Assembly (NCBI GenBank): GCA_045106415.1
Contig: JBGCEP010000030.1
Location: 34,233-98,232 of the forward strand
Length of the DNA: 64,000 nt
DNA from: Oligoflexales bacterium
GTDB taxonomy: Bacteria; Bdellovibrionota_B; Oligoflexia; Oligoflexales; Bog-1112
Direction of reading: 5' to 3'
Below are positions 1 through 10,671 of the stretch, one piece after another; the stretch's first letter is position 1; each line of letters opens with the position of its first letter. A program made the position numbers and the translations under genes. The notes beneath the pieces are model-generated. The model was not told the origin of the DNA and searched no databases. It was given only the letters and a program-made list of their open reading frames with translations.

Positions 1-672
1 GGACAACCTCATATTCTAAGTCGATTTATGGCGATGAAAGACACTAAAAATATATCAAAATCAGCCCAATTTGGGACCATCTGGTGTGGAGCTTGTTTGT
101 TAGGAGCCGTGTGCACGGGCTTTGCTGGTTTTCGTTTTTTTAATGGTCAACTCTCTGACCCTGAGTCAGTATTCATGGCTTTAATCCAAGAGGCTTTTCC
201 TCCATTTATCGCTGGAACATTACTTGCAGCGATTTTTGGCGCTATCATCAGCACAGCTGATTCCCAGCTGCTTGTCGCAGCTAGCTCTCTTATCCAAGAT
301 CTTTTTCCTTCGAATAGCAAAATTGGACGCCAAGTTTGCAGCTCTATTCATTACGGAAGAGCCGCTATTGTTCTGATTACAGCAACAGCGACACTCATAG
401 CCATTCATCATAGCCACCTTGTTCTAGAAGTCGTTGCTTTTGCTTGGGCTGGGTTTGGAGCAACACTCGGGCCTGTGATTTTGTGTTCTTTATACTGGAA
501 AAAAACTAATGAAATATCTGCCATTTGCGGCTTACTGTCTGGAACGACAGCGCTTATCATGTGCAAATGGTTTCAAAGCCCTATTTACGAGCTTTTGCCT
601 GGTTTTTTCACAGCTCTATTCACTATTTTGATTATTTCTTCGTTATCTCACCAAAAAAATTGTGACACTTAA
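1..672 (+). CDS. putP: Sodium/proline symporter, 5'-truncated by window edge
   Basis: Frame 1 is open from base 1: GQPHILSRFMA (PutP signature), then LLAAIFGAIISTADSQLL and AWAGFGATLGP, typical SSS/PutP transmembrane motifs. Confidence 0.9.
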   Translation, partial: GQPHILSRFMAMKDTKNISKSAQFGTIWCGACLLGAVCTGFAGFRFFNGQLSDPESVFMALIQEAFPPFIAGTLLAAIFGAIISTADSQLLVAASSLIQDLFPSNSKIGRQVCSSIHYGRAAIVLITATATLIAIHHSHLVLEVVAFAWAGFGATLGPVILCSLYWKKTNEISAICGLLSGTTALIMCKWFQSPIYELLPGFFTALFTILIISSLSHQKNCDT

Positions 673-676
673 AAGG

Positions 677-722
677 CAAAAAATAACTTCATTATCTATT
701 TCCAAAAAATAGACAATGAAGT
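677..722 (-). terminator. Rho-independent terminator between convergent putP and the prkA operon
   Basis: Stem ACTTCATTATCTATTT (686-701) / AAATAGACAATGAAGT (707-722) with one G-U pair on the minus strand, followed by a T-run on the minus strand. Confidence 0.7.
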
Positions 723-751
723 GGTTCTATCTCAAAAAATTGAAAGTCACA

Positions 752-2533
752 CTAATTCACTGCGTAGTCCCACCTTGCAGATAAAGACAAAACAAGTCGG
801 TTTAGACGGCTCTGAGTCGACGTATCATTAGTCGTGCCAGGACTCACAAATTGAGTTTGGCCATAGATAAGCCCCAAACCCCAATCTATTGTTTTAGGTC
901 GACGGTTAAACCACGAAACGTGAAAACCGACCTCTAAATCAAGTGCAGACTGAATAGAATGCAGCTTGTTGTCGTATCCAACTCTACCAATATGCAACGG
1001 GGTTAAAGACGATTCTAATGTCCAATTTGCAACATCGCGCCCATTCTCCTCGATTGCCCCTTGAACACCACCATAGAAACCCCCAACCAGATTATCATAC
1101 CCGCCATAACCATCATTCTTGACAGATAAAGATTGAAAACCTCCGACAGCCCCCGCAAACCATTTATCAAACCATAAAGAATTTTTAACTTTTTGATTCC
1201 AAAAAATTCTTGCTAAAGCAGAAAGATGAGTTGCATTTACAGGGCCAGAAGCTTTCGTTTTTGAAAAACCTCCAGTCACATCAAACGTATATTTCACCAA
1301 GGGAAGAACACCTCGAGTTACTGAGACACCTATTTCATTAATAGGTGAGACAAACTGCCCAGAAGCACCAACAGGGCCGTGATATTTCCAATGATGATAT
1401 CCTGCGTGGAGCGTCATATTATCCGCAAAGTATGACATATACCCATTGCTAGGGCCATCTCCACTCGAATCATCAGAAGGTGAAGTCATACTTCCATCAA
1501 AAGAAAATAAGTCAACAAAGCCATTCTTATCATCTTCTTTGTCATTTTCTTCATCTAAATCAACACTTTGATCGTTTGCACTCTTGTTTTTCTGATAGTC
1601 TTCCTCTTCATTTTTGGCAAAACTTTTTATGTTCTTCTGAAAAACAGCACTCGAATCAGCCAATAATTTTTGACTTTCATCATTCAAACGAACAGCTACC
1701 AATGACGAAGTTGGTATATCAACAGATTTTGTCGAAAAATATTGAAAATAAGTTCGCAGCTTTGAGTGCTCAACTTTGACACCGTCACCGACAGAGAGAG
1801 GCTGATAGCTCACTAAGTCAGAAATTTTTGCAACAGACGTTGTCTTTTGTAGGTCAACAATTTTTGCATACCCTAAAAAATCTTGGTCATACTTATAAAA
1901 AGCCCCGGTCGCTGGATGGTTTTCAGAAACAACAACTCGATTTAATTTTAAACGATCTCCAATTCTCAAACCTTGATGATGCCCACCAGACAATGTAATA
2001 AAAGGTTCATGAATAGAAGTTACATAAGCATCTATTGGCCATTTATTCATCAGACCATAAAGAATCGTTCGCACCCAGTGCTTTCTTTCCTCATCTTTTG
2101 CTTTATTCCAAATAAGTTTTTCAAGTGTCAACGAATCTTGAGACCACAGTGTGAAATCAGAATCAAGCATACGCACTGTGAGAACAACCCGATCTGTATC
2201 TTTGGCAACCAGCAAACTGAACCACGCATCCAAGTCATAGTGCTTCTTAACAAACTGCCGTTCTTTATAAGTATCCCACAGATCTTCAGCTATTTCTTGA
2301 GACAGTACTGTATACTTTCCTGACCCTCGGACTTCCGATCGAAAAATATCTTCCACACTTTCTTTATGAGGAAATCTATCTCCGTCTTGACTGGAAAAAA
2401 ACTGAGGAGGGATCACAGCAACATTACGCACAACAGGAAGCTTTTGTACATCGTTTGCTGTTGCTTGAAACGAAAACAAAATACAGAATAAAAAGTATCT
2501 TTTAAATTTTTTCTGAAGACTGCGTATTCCCAT
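752..2533 (-). CDS. Exported protein: CsgG/TolB-N-like + FlgT-C-like domains, acidic linker, probable C-terminal outer-membrane beta-barrel (start 2533 or 2563)
   Basis: Signal peptide KKFKRYFLFCILFSFQATA; VRNVAVIPP...VVLTVRMLD; ITLSGG..GLRIGD...HPATG...VGDGVK pattern; C-terminal amphipathic strands ending SLSARWDY. Confidence 0.55.
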   Translation of the reverse strand: MGIRSLQKKFKRYFLFCILFSFQATANDVQKLPVVRNVAVIPPQFFSSQDGDRFPHKESVEDIFRSEVRGSGKYTVLSQEIAEDLWDTYKERQFVKKHYDLDAWFSLLVAKDTDRVVLTVRMLDSDFTLWSQDSLTLEKLIWNKAKDEERKHWVRTILYGLMNKWPIDAYVTSIHEPFITLSGGHHQGLRIGDRLKLNRVVVSENHPATGAFYKYDQDFLGYAKIVDLQKTTSVAKISDLVSYQPLSVGDGVKVEHSKLRTYFQYFSTKSVDIPTSSLVAVRLNDESQKLLADSSAVFQKNIKSFAKNEEEDYQKNKSANDQSVDLDEENDKEDDKNGFVDLFSFDGSMTSPSDDSSGDGPSNGYMSYFADNMTLHAGYHHWKYHGPVGASGQFVSPINEIGVSVTRGVLPLVKYTFDVTGGFSKTKASGPVNATHLSALARIFWNQKVKNSLWFDKWFAGAVGGFQSLSVKNDGYGGYDNLVGGFYGGVQGAIEENGRDVANWTLESSLTPLHIGRVGYDNKLHSIQSALDLEVGFHVSWFNRRPKTIDWGLGLIYGQTQFVSPGTTNDTSTQSRLNRLVLSLSARWDYAVN

Positions 2534-4004
2534 CAAAGCACAACCTATGTTTGGTCTTCTCAATCATTGTTTCAAGATGCACAGGCCTTTTCCAAACTTT
2601 TTGTAAATTCTTCAAGGTTTCAATTGTACTATCTTGCTTGAGGTCCTCTCCATCATAACGATGCTGAAGAAGAAGCTCTCCCCGATTTCTAAAGTTCCCA
2701 TCAACAACATGAATGACTGGAGCACCAAGATTAATAATTTGTTGCAATAACTTTTGTTTTATTGATCTAAAGTCTCTCGATGAAATAATATAGTCACCCG
2801 TTTTTTGATCATAATCATACAGAAACATTTTTGTTTTATGACAAAAATCCTCATCTAAATATTGATCTAAAAATGTGACATCATTATGAAATTTTCTTAC
2901 TTCAAAAATCTTTTTTCGTCCAGCACCAGCCTCTTTGGGACCTTCCCAAGATTCTCGAACTTTATGGTCATCACAGTTGAGATAGCCCACCCCAAATCGA
3001 CCTTCATCCCAACGATTTTCAATATGTCTTAGTAATTCGATCCCTAACTTATAGGGATTAAGTTGGTTAGGTTGATTTGCAACAACTCCAGCATGTTGGC
3101 AGCAGTAATCAATGATGCCTTCAGCACCAACAGGATCAATTTCTGTCATCATTTTACTATGCCAATAACTCGCCCAACCTTCATTAATAATTTTAGTTTG
3201 GCCCTGAGGAGCAAAGTAATATGATTCTGCTCGAATCATTTCCATAATCCGCCTTTGCCATGTCGACATAGGAGCATATTGAATTAAAAAATGAAGAATA
3301 TCTCGCTCTGGTTGATCTGGAACACGAGTTTGCTTTTCTGCATCCTCTAAAATTTTCCTCTTTTGATCTTCTAAATATTCTTGAGGATTAATATAATGAT
3401 CCATATATTTTTTTGACTTTAGTTTTGATGGATTTTTTTTCGCTAAATCTTCTTTTTCTTTATCGGTCAGAGATTTTATATGAGGGCGAAATACAGAATG
3501 TACATCAATTAGATTTTCCATACTCAGACAAACATCAATAAAGTCCTCAACTTCAGATTGGCCAACTTCATTGATAATATTGCGAACAACAGCTGCATCA
3601 TTTGCCATTTGATCAAGCATTTTTCGGTTTGTCTTACTAAACCAATAATTATTTTTAAAAAAATCACAATGCCCATAAACGTGAGCAATCACCATCCGTT
3701 GAGAAACTTCAGTATTGGACCTTAAAAGATACGCATAGCAAGGGTCATTATTAATGACCATTTCATAAATCTTAGACAAACCATACGTATAGCTTTTTGA
3801 TAAAGATTCATACTCCATACCCCACCGCCAGTGAGGGTAACGAGTAGGAAACCCACCATAGGCAGCTATTTCATTTAACTGTTGATAGTCGACAACTTCA
3901 AATACAGTTGTAAACATATCTAAACCCACCTCTGTTGCTTTATTCCACAGACGATCAGCTTCTGCTTGTAGATGAGGAGGGAGATTTGTCTGAAAATCAG
4001 TCAT
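2502..4004 (-). CDS. spoVR: SpoVR/YcgB family protein
   Basis: GFPTRYPHWRWG, IYEMVINNDPCYAYL, AHVYGHCDFFKNN and TKIINEGWASYWH motifs; conserved prkA-yeaH-spoVR order. Confidence 0.95.
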   Translation of the reverse strand: MTDFQTNLPPHLQAEADRLWNKATEVGLDMFTTVFEVVDYQQLNEIAAYGGFPTRYPHWRWGMEYESLSKSYTYGLSKIYEMVINNDPCYAYLLRSNTEVSQRMVIAHVYGHCDFFKNNYWFSKTNRKMLDQMANDAAVVRNIINEVGQSEVEDFIDVCLSMENLIDVHSVFRPHIKSLTDKEKEDLAKKNPSKLKSKKYMDHYINPQEYLEDQKRKILEDAEKQTRVPDQPERDILHFLIQYAPMSTWQRRIMEMIRAESYYFAPQGQTKIINEGWASYWHSKMMTEIDPVGAEGIIDYCCQHAGVVANQPNQLNPYKLGIELLRHIENRWDEGRFGVGYLNCDDHKVRESWEGPKEAGAGRKKIFEVRKFHNDVTFLDQYLDEDFCHKTKMFLYDYDQKTGDYIISSRDFRSIKQKLLQQIINLGAPVIHVVDGNFRNRGELLLQHRYDGEDLKQDSTIETLKNLQKVWKRPVHLETMIEKTKHRLCFDGNTQSSEKI

Positions 4005-4005
4005 G

Positions 4006-5112
4006 CTATTTTCCTTTGCCTAGGAAAATTTTTAAAGATTCCATAATCGCACTACGGTCTTTAATAGGAGCTAGTGTTACTTTATCATGAGATTCACCGA
4101 ACTTTTTTGTAAGATCACGAAGAAATTGACCTGAACCATATCTAGACTCTACCTGCCCATAACAAAAAATATTAGAAACAGGTAAAAGAGTGTCTTCCAT
4201 AATTTTCAAACATTCAGTCGTATCATTGCCAGACCAATTATCTCCATCTGAAAAATGAAATAAATAAATATTCCATTCATCGACAGGGTAATCTTGAGCC
4301 AACATGTCAGCAACAAGCTTATAGGCAGAGCTAATCAATGTCCCACCAGATTCTTTCGTTTTGAAAAAATCTTCTTCACTCACTTCACGCGCAGTAGCAT
4401 CATGAATAACATAACGCCTCTCTAATCCTTTATATTGCTTTTTAAGCCACGTATCGAGCCAAAAACTCGTCATGCGAACGATTTCTTTTTGTTCATCTCC
4501 CATCGACCCTGAAACATCCATCATATAGACAATAACAGCACCTGCCATCGGCTTAGGCGTGACTGTAAAAGACCGGTATCTTTTATCATCTTTAATAGGA
4601 ATAATAACTGGATTATCAGGATCATAATCACCTGTAAGCACGGATCTTTTAAGAGCTTCACGATAAGTTCTTTTAAAATAATGCAAAGACTCTGGGCCAA
4701 ATTTATGGATCCCTGAATAGCGAACTTTATCACTTTCAAGACTTTTTTGGCCTTTATTTTCGATATTAGGAAGCTCAAGCTCTTCACTCAGAATATCAGC
4801 TAATTCTTCAATTGTGACATCAACTTCAAGCTGCTGTTGCCCTGCTTCATTGCCAGCTTCACCCTCACCTGGTTGAGCCGAGCCTTCCCCTTGACCTGTA
4901 GAATCCCCAACTTCACCGTCTCCTTGCCCTACCCCATTCTGGGAAGAACCAAATCGAAAACGAGGAAGATCAATATGAGGAATAGGAATTGTGACTTCTT
5001 TTTTCCCCTGCCGCGCAATCATATCTCCACTGGAAATAAATTTTCGCAACTCTTTTTTGATCTTCCCTCGCACGATTTTATGGAATCGATTGAGGTCCGA
5101 TTCCATTTTCAT
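4006..5112 (-). CDS. yeaH: YeaH/YhbH (DUF444) vWA-domain protein
   Basis: [13 protein letters not shown] motif, [22 protein letters not shown] precedes ATG 5112. Confidence 0.93.
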   Translation of the reverse strand: MKMESDLNRFHKIVRGKIKKELRKFISSGDMIARQGKKEVTIPIPHIDLPRFRFGSSQNGVGQGDGEVGDSTGQGEGSAQPGEGEAGNEAGQQQLEVDVTIEELADILSEELELPNIENKGQKSLESDKVRYSGIHKFGPESLHYFKRTYREALKRSVLTGDYDPDNPVIIPIKDDKRYRSFTVTPKPMAGAVIVYMMDVSGSMGDEQKEIVRMTSFWLDTWLKKQYKGLERRYVIHDATAREVSEEDFFKTKESGGTLISSAYKLVADMLAQDYPVDEWNIYLFHFSDGDNWSGNDTTECLKIMEDTLLPVSNIFCYGQVESRYGSGQFLRDLTKKFGESHDKVTLAPIKDRSAIMESLKIFLGKGK

Positions 5113-5122
5113 AAGCAGCTCC

Positions 5123-7180
5123 TCAGTTGGTCGTCGCAGTATCACCACGAGCAAAAATACTAGCTACAAAAGAAAGAATATCTGTTGAGCAAATTTCGCA
5201 GTAGCCATAATTTTTTATTAATCGGTTTTTCACCACATCAATTTTCTTTTGAGTCTCACGATCAACAACATTTGACACAAGAGTTGTTAATTTAATCGTA
5301 TCTTTTTGATCTTCAAAAAGCTTCAGCTCTAAAGCTTTGTGTAGTCTTTCATTTGTTCTAAAGTCAAATGATTTCCCCTCTAGAGCAAGAGCACCAATAT
5401 AGTTCATAATTTCACGCCGGAAATCATCTTTTCGGCTTTCTGACACATCAATTTTATCTTCAATCGACCTCATCAGCCTCTCATCAGGATCTTCATCAGA
5501 ACCAGTATAAGGGTTCCGAATTTTTTCTCGCTGAACATAAGCTTTTACATTATCAATATAATTTCCACAAAGCTTATCAATACCAGCTTCATCGGCTGAT
5601 ATCGCACGTTGGACTTCATGCTTCACAATATCTTCGTACTCTCTTTTAACCTCTGTTAAAAGCTCTTGATATCGTGAACGCACTTCTGGATTATTAATCA
5701 ACGAATGGCCTTTAAGGCCTGCTGATAGTTCATTCATGATGATAAATGGATTAATACACCCATCGCCACGATTTGTAATTAATGCATTCGAAATTTTATC
5801 CTGGATATAGCGTGGGCTAATACCATCAAGACCTTCACGATCAGCATCTTTTCTTAATTCTTTTACATTATCTTCTGTAAAATGTTGTGATGTTCTTCCA
5901 TTGTAAAGTTTTAGCTTCTGTAACAATGTAAGGTTTGCTTTTTTTGGTTCTTCTAATCGCGTTAAAATTGCCCACATAGAAGCCATTTCTATAGTATGAG
6001 GCGCGATGTGAATATGAGGAACTGTTTCAGCGTTGAAATCTTTTTTATAAATTTTAACTTCTTCGTCAAGCGTTGTAATATACGGAACATCAATTTTAAC
6101 AGTTCTATCTCGCAACGCTTCCATAAACTCATTACTTTGCAATTTACGATATTCTGGTTCATTCGTATGGCCAAGAATAACTTCATCAATTGTTGTCTGA
6201 GCAAACTTTTTAGGCTTCACTCTATGCTCTTGAGAAGCAGTTAAAAGATCATATAAAAAAGCAACATCTAACTTTAAGACCTCAATAAACTCAATAATTC
6301 CTCGATTTGCAATATTGAACTCACCATCAAAGTTAAAAGCTCTAGGATCAGAATCAGACCCATATGTTGCGATCTTTCTATAGTTAATATCTCCGGTCAA
6401 TTCAGTTGAGTCTTGGTTTTTTTCATCTTTAGGTTGAAACGTTCCAATTCCAACTCGGTCTCTTTCAGAAATAACTAAACGCTTTACTCGAATATGTTTT
6501 TCTACCATAGCGTTCCAATCACCACGGTAGTGCTCAATCAAACATTCATACGTGTGACGACATGCAGGACAGAGTTCACCTTCAATAACGAGCGCTTTAC
6601 GGCGATCACGCCCTCTATTGAATTCTTCAACAAATTGAGCTCTTTGTTTTTCTGGAATCACATGAAGAGGGTCCTCATGCATAGGGCACGGCATCTCATC
6701 TTCCATTTTCAAGACAGATTCCAGATTCGTCCACACATAAGTATACAAAGCACCATCAGGCGTTTTTGAGTAGGCTTCATAACCTTTTTTTAGCAAACGA
6801 GCTATTGTCGATTTTGCGCTTCCCACAGGACCATGAAGAAGTATAACTCTTTTTTCAGGGCCAAAACGATAAGCGCCTGATTTAATAATGTTCACAAGTT
6901 TCTGTAAATGAACATCTAAACCAAAAACAGCATCACGTCCATTCTCAATAGGATCTTCAAAAAATTTCCAGTGTGTGATCTTCTTTTTATACTGTGTGTG
7001 TTGAGAATAACCATATGACGCAATCATATCGTAAAGACGTTGAAATGCTGTCCGTGCTATTTCAGGGTTTTCAACAACCATGTCCATATATTGTCGAAAA
7101 CTACCTTCCCAACGCAATTCTTCATGCTCTTCTTGAAGACCTTGCTGTGAAATAAGACTATAGAGTCTATCCGAGTCCAT
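5123..7180 (-). CDS. prkA: PrkA/YeaG family AAA serine protein kinase
   Basis: Walker [46 protein letters not shown]. Confidence 0.95.
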   Translation of the reverse strand: MDSDRLYSLISQQGLQEEHEELRWEGSFRQYMDMVVENPEIARTAFQRLYDMIASYGYSQHTQYKKKITHWKFFEDPIENGRDAVFGLDVHLQKLVNIIKSGAYRFGPEKRVILLHGPVGSAKSTIARLLKKGYEAYSKTPDGALYTYVWTNLESVLKMEDEMPCPMHEDPLHVIPEKQRAQFVEEFNRGRDRRKALVIEGELCPACRHTYECLIEHYRGDWNAMVEKHIRVKRLVISERDRVGIGTFQPKDEKNQDSTELTGDINYRKIATYGSDSDPRAFNFDGEFNIANRGIIEFIEVLKLDVAFLYDLLTASQEHRVKPKKFAQTTIDEVILGHTNEPEYRKLQSNEFMEALRDRTVKIDVPYITTLDEEVKIYKKDFNAETVPHIHIAPHTIEMASMWAILTRLEEPKKANLTLLQKLKLYNGRTSQHFTEDNVKELRKDADREGLDGISPRYIQDKISNALITNRGDGCINPFIIMNELSAGLKGHSLINNPEVRSRYQELLTEVKREYEDIVKHEVQRAISADEAGIDKLCGNYIDNVKAYVQREKIRNPYTGSDEDPDERLMRSIEDKIDVSESRKDDFRREIMNYIGALALEGKSFDFRTNERLHKALELKLFEDQKDTIKLTTLVSNVVDRETQKKIDVVKNRLIKNYGYCEICSTDILSFVASIFARGDTATTN

Positions 7181-7229
7181 GAAGAAACCTCATACAATAA
7201 ACAATTGGTAACGATTAAATGGTAGTTCT

Positions 7230-7259
7230 AGGATATGTTCCAATACCAATATGTGTCAA
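7230..7259 (-). promoter_or_regulatory. Putative sigma70-type promoter of the prkA operon
   Basis: Minus strand TTGACA-N18-TATCCT, about 50 bp upstream of the start codon. Confidence 0.45.
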
Positions 7260-7674
7260 AGGACTCAAATGGTGAGATCTGCCTACTTTGTGACGGGAAA
7301 AACAATATTTTTATACATCAAGATGCTTCATTTTTTTAAAAAAATCACTAAATATATAATATTCAAAATATATAAACCGTTTATTATATGAACATCATAT
7401 ATAAATATTTTTTTTACACACAACAACCAAGCATTCCTTTTATCCAAAATCATTCACAAGCCACATAACAAAGCACAGTCTTATTTACACACTCATACAT
7501 ACCAAATATTGCTTTAAAAATGGATTCATCAGCTTCTTGAAATTATTAATACGTAAATAAAATCATCTAATGCTCTATCTTTGAATTTTTACAATCTTAT
7601 ATTTTATATAAAAAAAATTCTGAGTCCGTAAAAAGAGACTGACTGTTAAAAAGTTAGAGCCAATCTCTTTTTAC

Positions 7675-8779
7675 TTAAAGCTTCACTGCATTCTTTTGTA
7701 AAAAAGATTGAATAAAAGCCATGATATCACCATCTAAAACTTGCTCTGGGGAGTGAGACTCTTGTGCAGTTCTATGATCTTTCACCATTTTATAAGGGTG
7801 TAAAACATAGCTACGAATTTGGCTTCCAAAACCAATTTCACTTTTTGAGTTTTCAAGTTCTTTTTGTTTTGCTTGCCGCTTCTCAAGCTCAATTTCATAA
7901 AGCCGACTCCGCAACATTTTCATGGCCGTTTCTCGGTTCTGATGTTGAGACCTTTGACTTTGACACTGTACAACCACACCAGAAGGTTCATGCGTCAACC
8001 GAACAGCGGAGTCCGTTCTGTTCACATGTTGCCCACCAGCACCACTTGCACGGTACGTATCCACACGAAGATCCGCAGGATTAACTTCAATTTCAATATT
8101 GTCATCAATCACAGGCGTCACATAAATAGATGCAAAACTTGTATGACGGCGAGCATTAGAGTCAAAAGGAGAAATGCGCACAAGACGATGCACACCTGAC
8201 TCAGCATTCAAAATTCCAAATGCAAACTCTCCTCGAAGCTCTAATGTTGCACTTCGAATACCAGCCTCATCACCATCTTGAACATCATGTATCTCGACAT
8301 CCCACTGCTTACGCGCCGCAAATCTCAAGTACATTCTCATCAGCATGGAAGCCCAATCACAACTTTCAGTGCCTCCAGCTCCAGCGTTGATTGTTACCAG
8401 TGCATGACATTGATCCGCTTCACCCCCAAGAAGGCTTTCCGTCTCAATGGCGTCGAGCAAAATTTGCAAATCATTTAAGGAGTTTATTGCTTCTTCTAAG
8501 AACTCTTCTCCATCTGTAGCAAGCTCTAAGGCTGCTGCAATATCGGAATTCAGCGCATCAATTTTCTCAGACTTCGCCAGTTTGTCCTCAAGCTGCTTTT
8601 TCTCACGCAATAAATCCGCGGACCTTGCCGCATCATTCCACAAATCAGGATCCGCATTCATTGTATCTGTAATATCTTGCAAGCGCTGTGTCGTATCAGC
8701 AGTGTCAAAGACACCTCCGTAAATGGGTGGATCTTTCTGCTATTTCTTTCGCTTGACTGTTCAGCGTTTCAATATCCAC
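7675..8779 (-). CDS. prfB: Peptide chain release factor 2 (programmed +1 frameshift after codon 24)
   Basis: SPF and GGQ motifs; SD AAGGAG then GTG 8779; in-frame CTT-TGA-C at 8710-8704 with internal SD GGAGG (8718-8714); the +1 frame continues DTADTTQRLQDI into the annotated ORF. Confidence 0.97.
8704..8718 (-). promoter_or_regulatory. prfB programmed ribosomal frameshift cassette
   Basis: GGAGG-TGT-CTT-TGA-C, the canonical RF2 autoregulatory shift site. Confidence 0.95.
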
Positions 8780-8808
8780 TGTATCTCCTTGATATTATTA
8801 TGTGTTCA

Positions 8809-8838
8809 TTGACACAATCGTCATCATGAAAGTACCAT
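8809..8838 (+). promoter_or_regulatory. Putative sigma70-type promoter for flbD-motAB
   Basis: TTGACA-N18-TACCAT just upstream of flbD. Confidence 0.5.
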
Positions 8839-8861
8839 GGAAGTAATGACCATTCCAACGG

Positions 8862-9095
8862 ATGTTTTCTTTGATACTCGTCACTCGACTTGATAATTCC
8901 AAACTTTTAGTCAATCTCGATAATGTAAAATATATCGAATCGACTCCTGATACTTTAATCCGTTTTATGAACGGAGACTCTCTTATGGTGTTAGAGAGTT
9001 TAGAGGAAGTTCAAAACCGGGCTCTCTTTGCTATGCAAAAATTTATGACAGACACACACAAACAACCACAGAATTTTCAACCTGAGGTACTCTAA
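8862..9095 (+). CDS. flbD: Flagellar FlbD (FlgEa/SwrD) family protein
   Basis: LILVTRLD...VNLDNVKYIESTPDTLI...G...V.ES.EEV signature; lies directly upstream of motA. Confidence 0.9.
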   Translation: MFSLILVTRLDNSKLLVNLDNVKYIESTPDTLIRFMNGDSLMVLESLEEVQNRALFAMQKFMTDTHKQPQNFQPEVL

Positions 9096-9850
9096 TGGAT
9101 ATCACCAGCCTTCTCGGACCTATTGTTGCATTAGGAGCTATCGGAGTCGGATTGATTCTCGAAGGTGGCCACGTGTCATCCGTTATTCAATTCACTGCAT
9201 TTTTGATTGTTATTGGTGGCATGGTTGGTTCTATTATGGTGGCCTACCCTATGGGTGACCTCATTAATGCTTTAAAGTCTTTAGGTACTTTCATGAAAAG
9301 CCCTAAGGCTGACCCTGATCAAATCTTTGCAGAAATCATGGAGCTTGCACAAATTGCTCGTCAAGAATCGGTTCTCGCATTAGAAAAAAAACGCGCAGAC
9401 ATCAGCTACCCTCCGTTAGCAAAAGCAATTCGACTCGCTGTTGATGGCACTGATCCAACTATTATCCGTGACGCACTTGAAACAGCTCAACATGTAGCTC
9501 TTGAGGAAGAAGAGGTCTACGTTCACTTCTGGGAAGATTGTGGCGCAATCGCACCAACCATTGGTATTCTTGGAGCTGTTTTAGGTTTGATTCACGTTAT
9601 GGAAAATCTGGACAAACCTGAAATGATTGGACCTGGTATCGCTGTTGCATTCGTTGCAACTCTTTATGGTGTAGGCTTTGCAAATATATTTTTCCTACCT
9701 ATCGGAAAAAAAATAAAAAGAAAAGCAGTGATGGACTCAATGGCACAAGAGATGGTCATTATCGGTGTTGAAGGAATTCTTGCTGGCCTTAACCCAAAAG
9801 TTCTTCAAGAAAAGCTTTCTTGCTTTGTTAACGAAGCTCAAGAAGAGTAG
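9095..9850 (+). CDS. motA: Flagellar stator MotA
   Basis: APTIGILGAVLGLIHVM and GIAVAFVATLYG motifs. Confidence 0.95.
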   Translation: MDITSLLGPIVALGAIGVGLILEGGHVSSVIQFTAFLIVIGGMVGSIMVAYPMGDLINALKSLGTFMKSPKADPDQIFAEIMELAQIARQESVLALEKKRADISYPPLAKAIRLAVDGTDPTIIRDALETAQHVALEEEEVYVHFWEDCGAIAPTIGILGAVLGLIHVMENLDKPEMIGPGIAVAFVATLYGVGFANIFFLPIGKKIKRKAVMDSMAQEMVIIGVEGILAGLNPKVLQEKLSCFVNEAQEE

Positions 9851-9855
9851 AAAAG

Positions 9856-10671
9856 ATGGCAAAAAAAAAATGTCCAGAATTTGAAAACCACGAAAGATGG
9901 CTTGTCAGCTACGCCGACATGCTCACACTACTTTTCGCAGTATTTGTTGTTCTTTTCGCCCTCAAAGACGGTGGGGGGGGAGAAGAAACTCAAGAGACAG
10001 CAGGCTCTATGCAAGAAAGCTTTAGTACACCTCTTGAAGATATTCCTATTGATAGAAAAACGGGATCTCTACCGAATGGAGGAAGCGTTTTTGAGTACTT
10101 TCAAGGCGAAAATGTAACACCACCACCTATTCAGAAATATGATGATCAAAAACAAGAAAAAGGTCTTATCGACACTGAGATGCATAAATTTAAAACACAG
10201 TTAGAGAATCGGCTTTATGGCCCTCATAAATTTAGAAGTCATGATGAATCAGGAAACTCTAGGCTTGTTGAAATCCGACGTTCGTCCACAGGTTTTCAGC
10301 TCAAAATACTTGCGCGACACTTCTATGATGAAGGTGAGATTGACGTTAAAAAAACGGCTATCCCCCAAGTCGATAAAGTCATCACAATGCTTAAAAAATT
10401 AAGGCGCACCGTCGTAATCGAAGGACACACTGATAATTTACCAACAAAAGGTCGCTGGTCAAACTGGGATGTCTCTGCTTTACGAGCCACTCATTTAGTT
10501 AAGTACATGATAGAAAAACATAAATTCCCCCAGTCAAAACTTGCCGCCTCGGGGTATGGGGATACTCGACCGATTGCACATAACGGGACACAAGAGGGAC
10601 GCCAACTTAACAGACGGATAGAAATTCATGTTCATTATGATCGCTCTAAGCATCACGATCCTCTGCGCTGA
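9856..10671 (+). CDS. motB: Flagellar stator MotB
   Basis: ERWLVSYADMLTLLFA and OmpA-like IEGHTDN...NRRIEI. Confidence 0.95.
   Translation: MAKKKCPEFENHERWLVSYADMLTLLFAVFVVLFALKDGGGGEETQETAGSMQESFSTPLEDIPIDRKTGSLPNGGSVFEYFQGENVTPPPIQKYDDQKQEKGLIDTEMHKFKTQLENRLYGPHKFRSHDESGNSRLVEIRRSSTGFQLKILARHFYDEGEIDVKKTAIPQVDKVITMLKKLRRTVVIEGHTDNLPTKGRWSNWDVSALRATHLVKYMIEKHKFPQSKLAASGYGDTRPIAHNGTQEGRQLNRRIEIHVHYDRSKHHDPLR

Noticed and set aside
7260..7674. ncRNA or riboswitch in the long AT-rich intergenic region
   Set aside because: No recognisable conserved motif or stable GC-rich helices by eye; an Infernal/Rfam scan would be needed.
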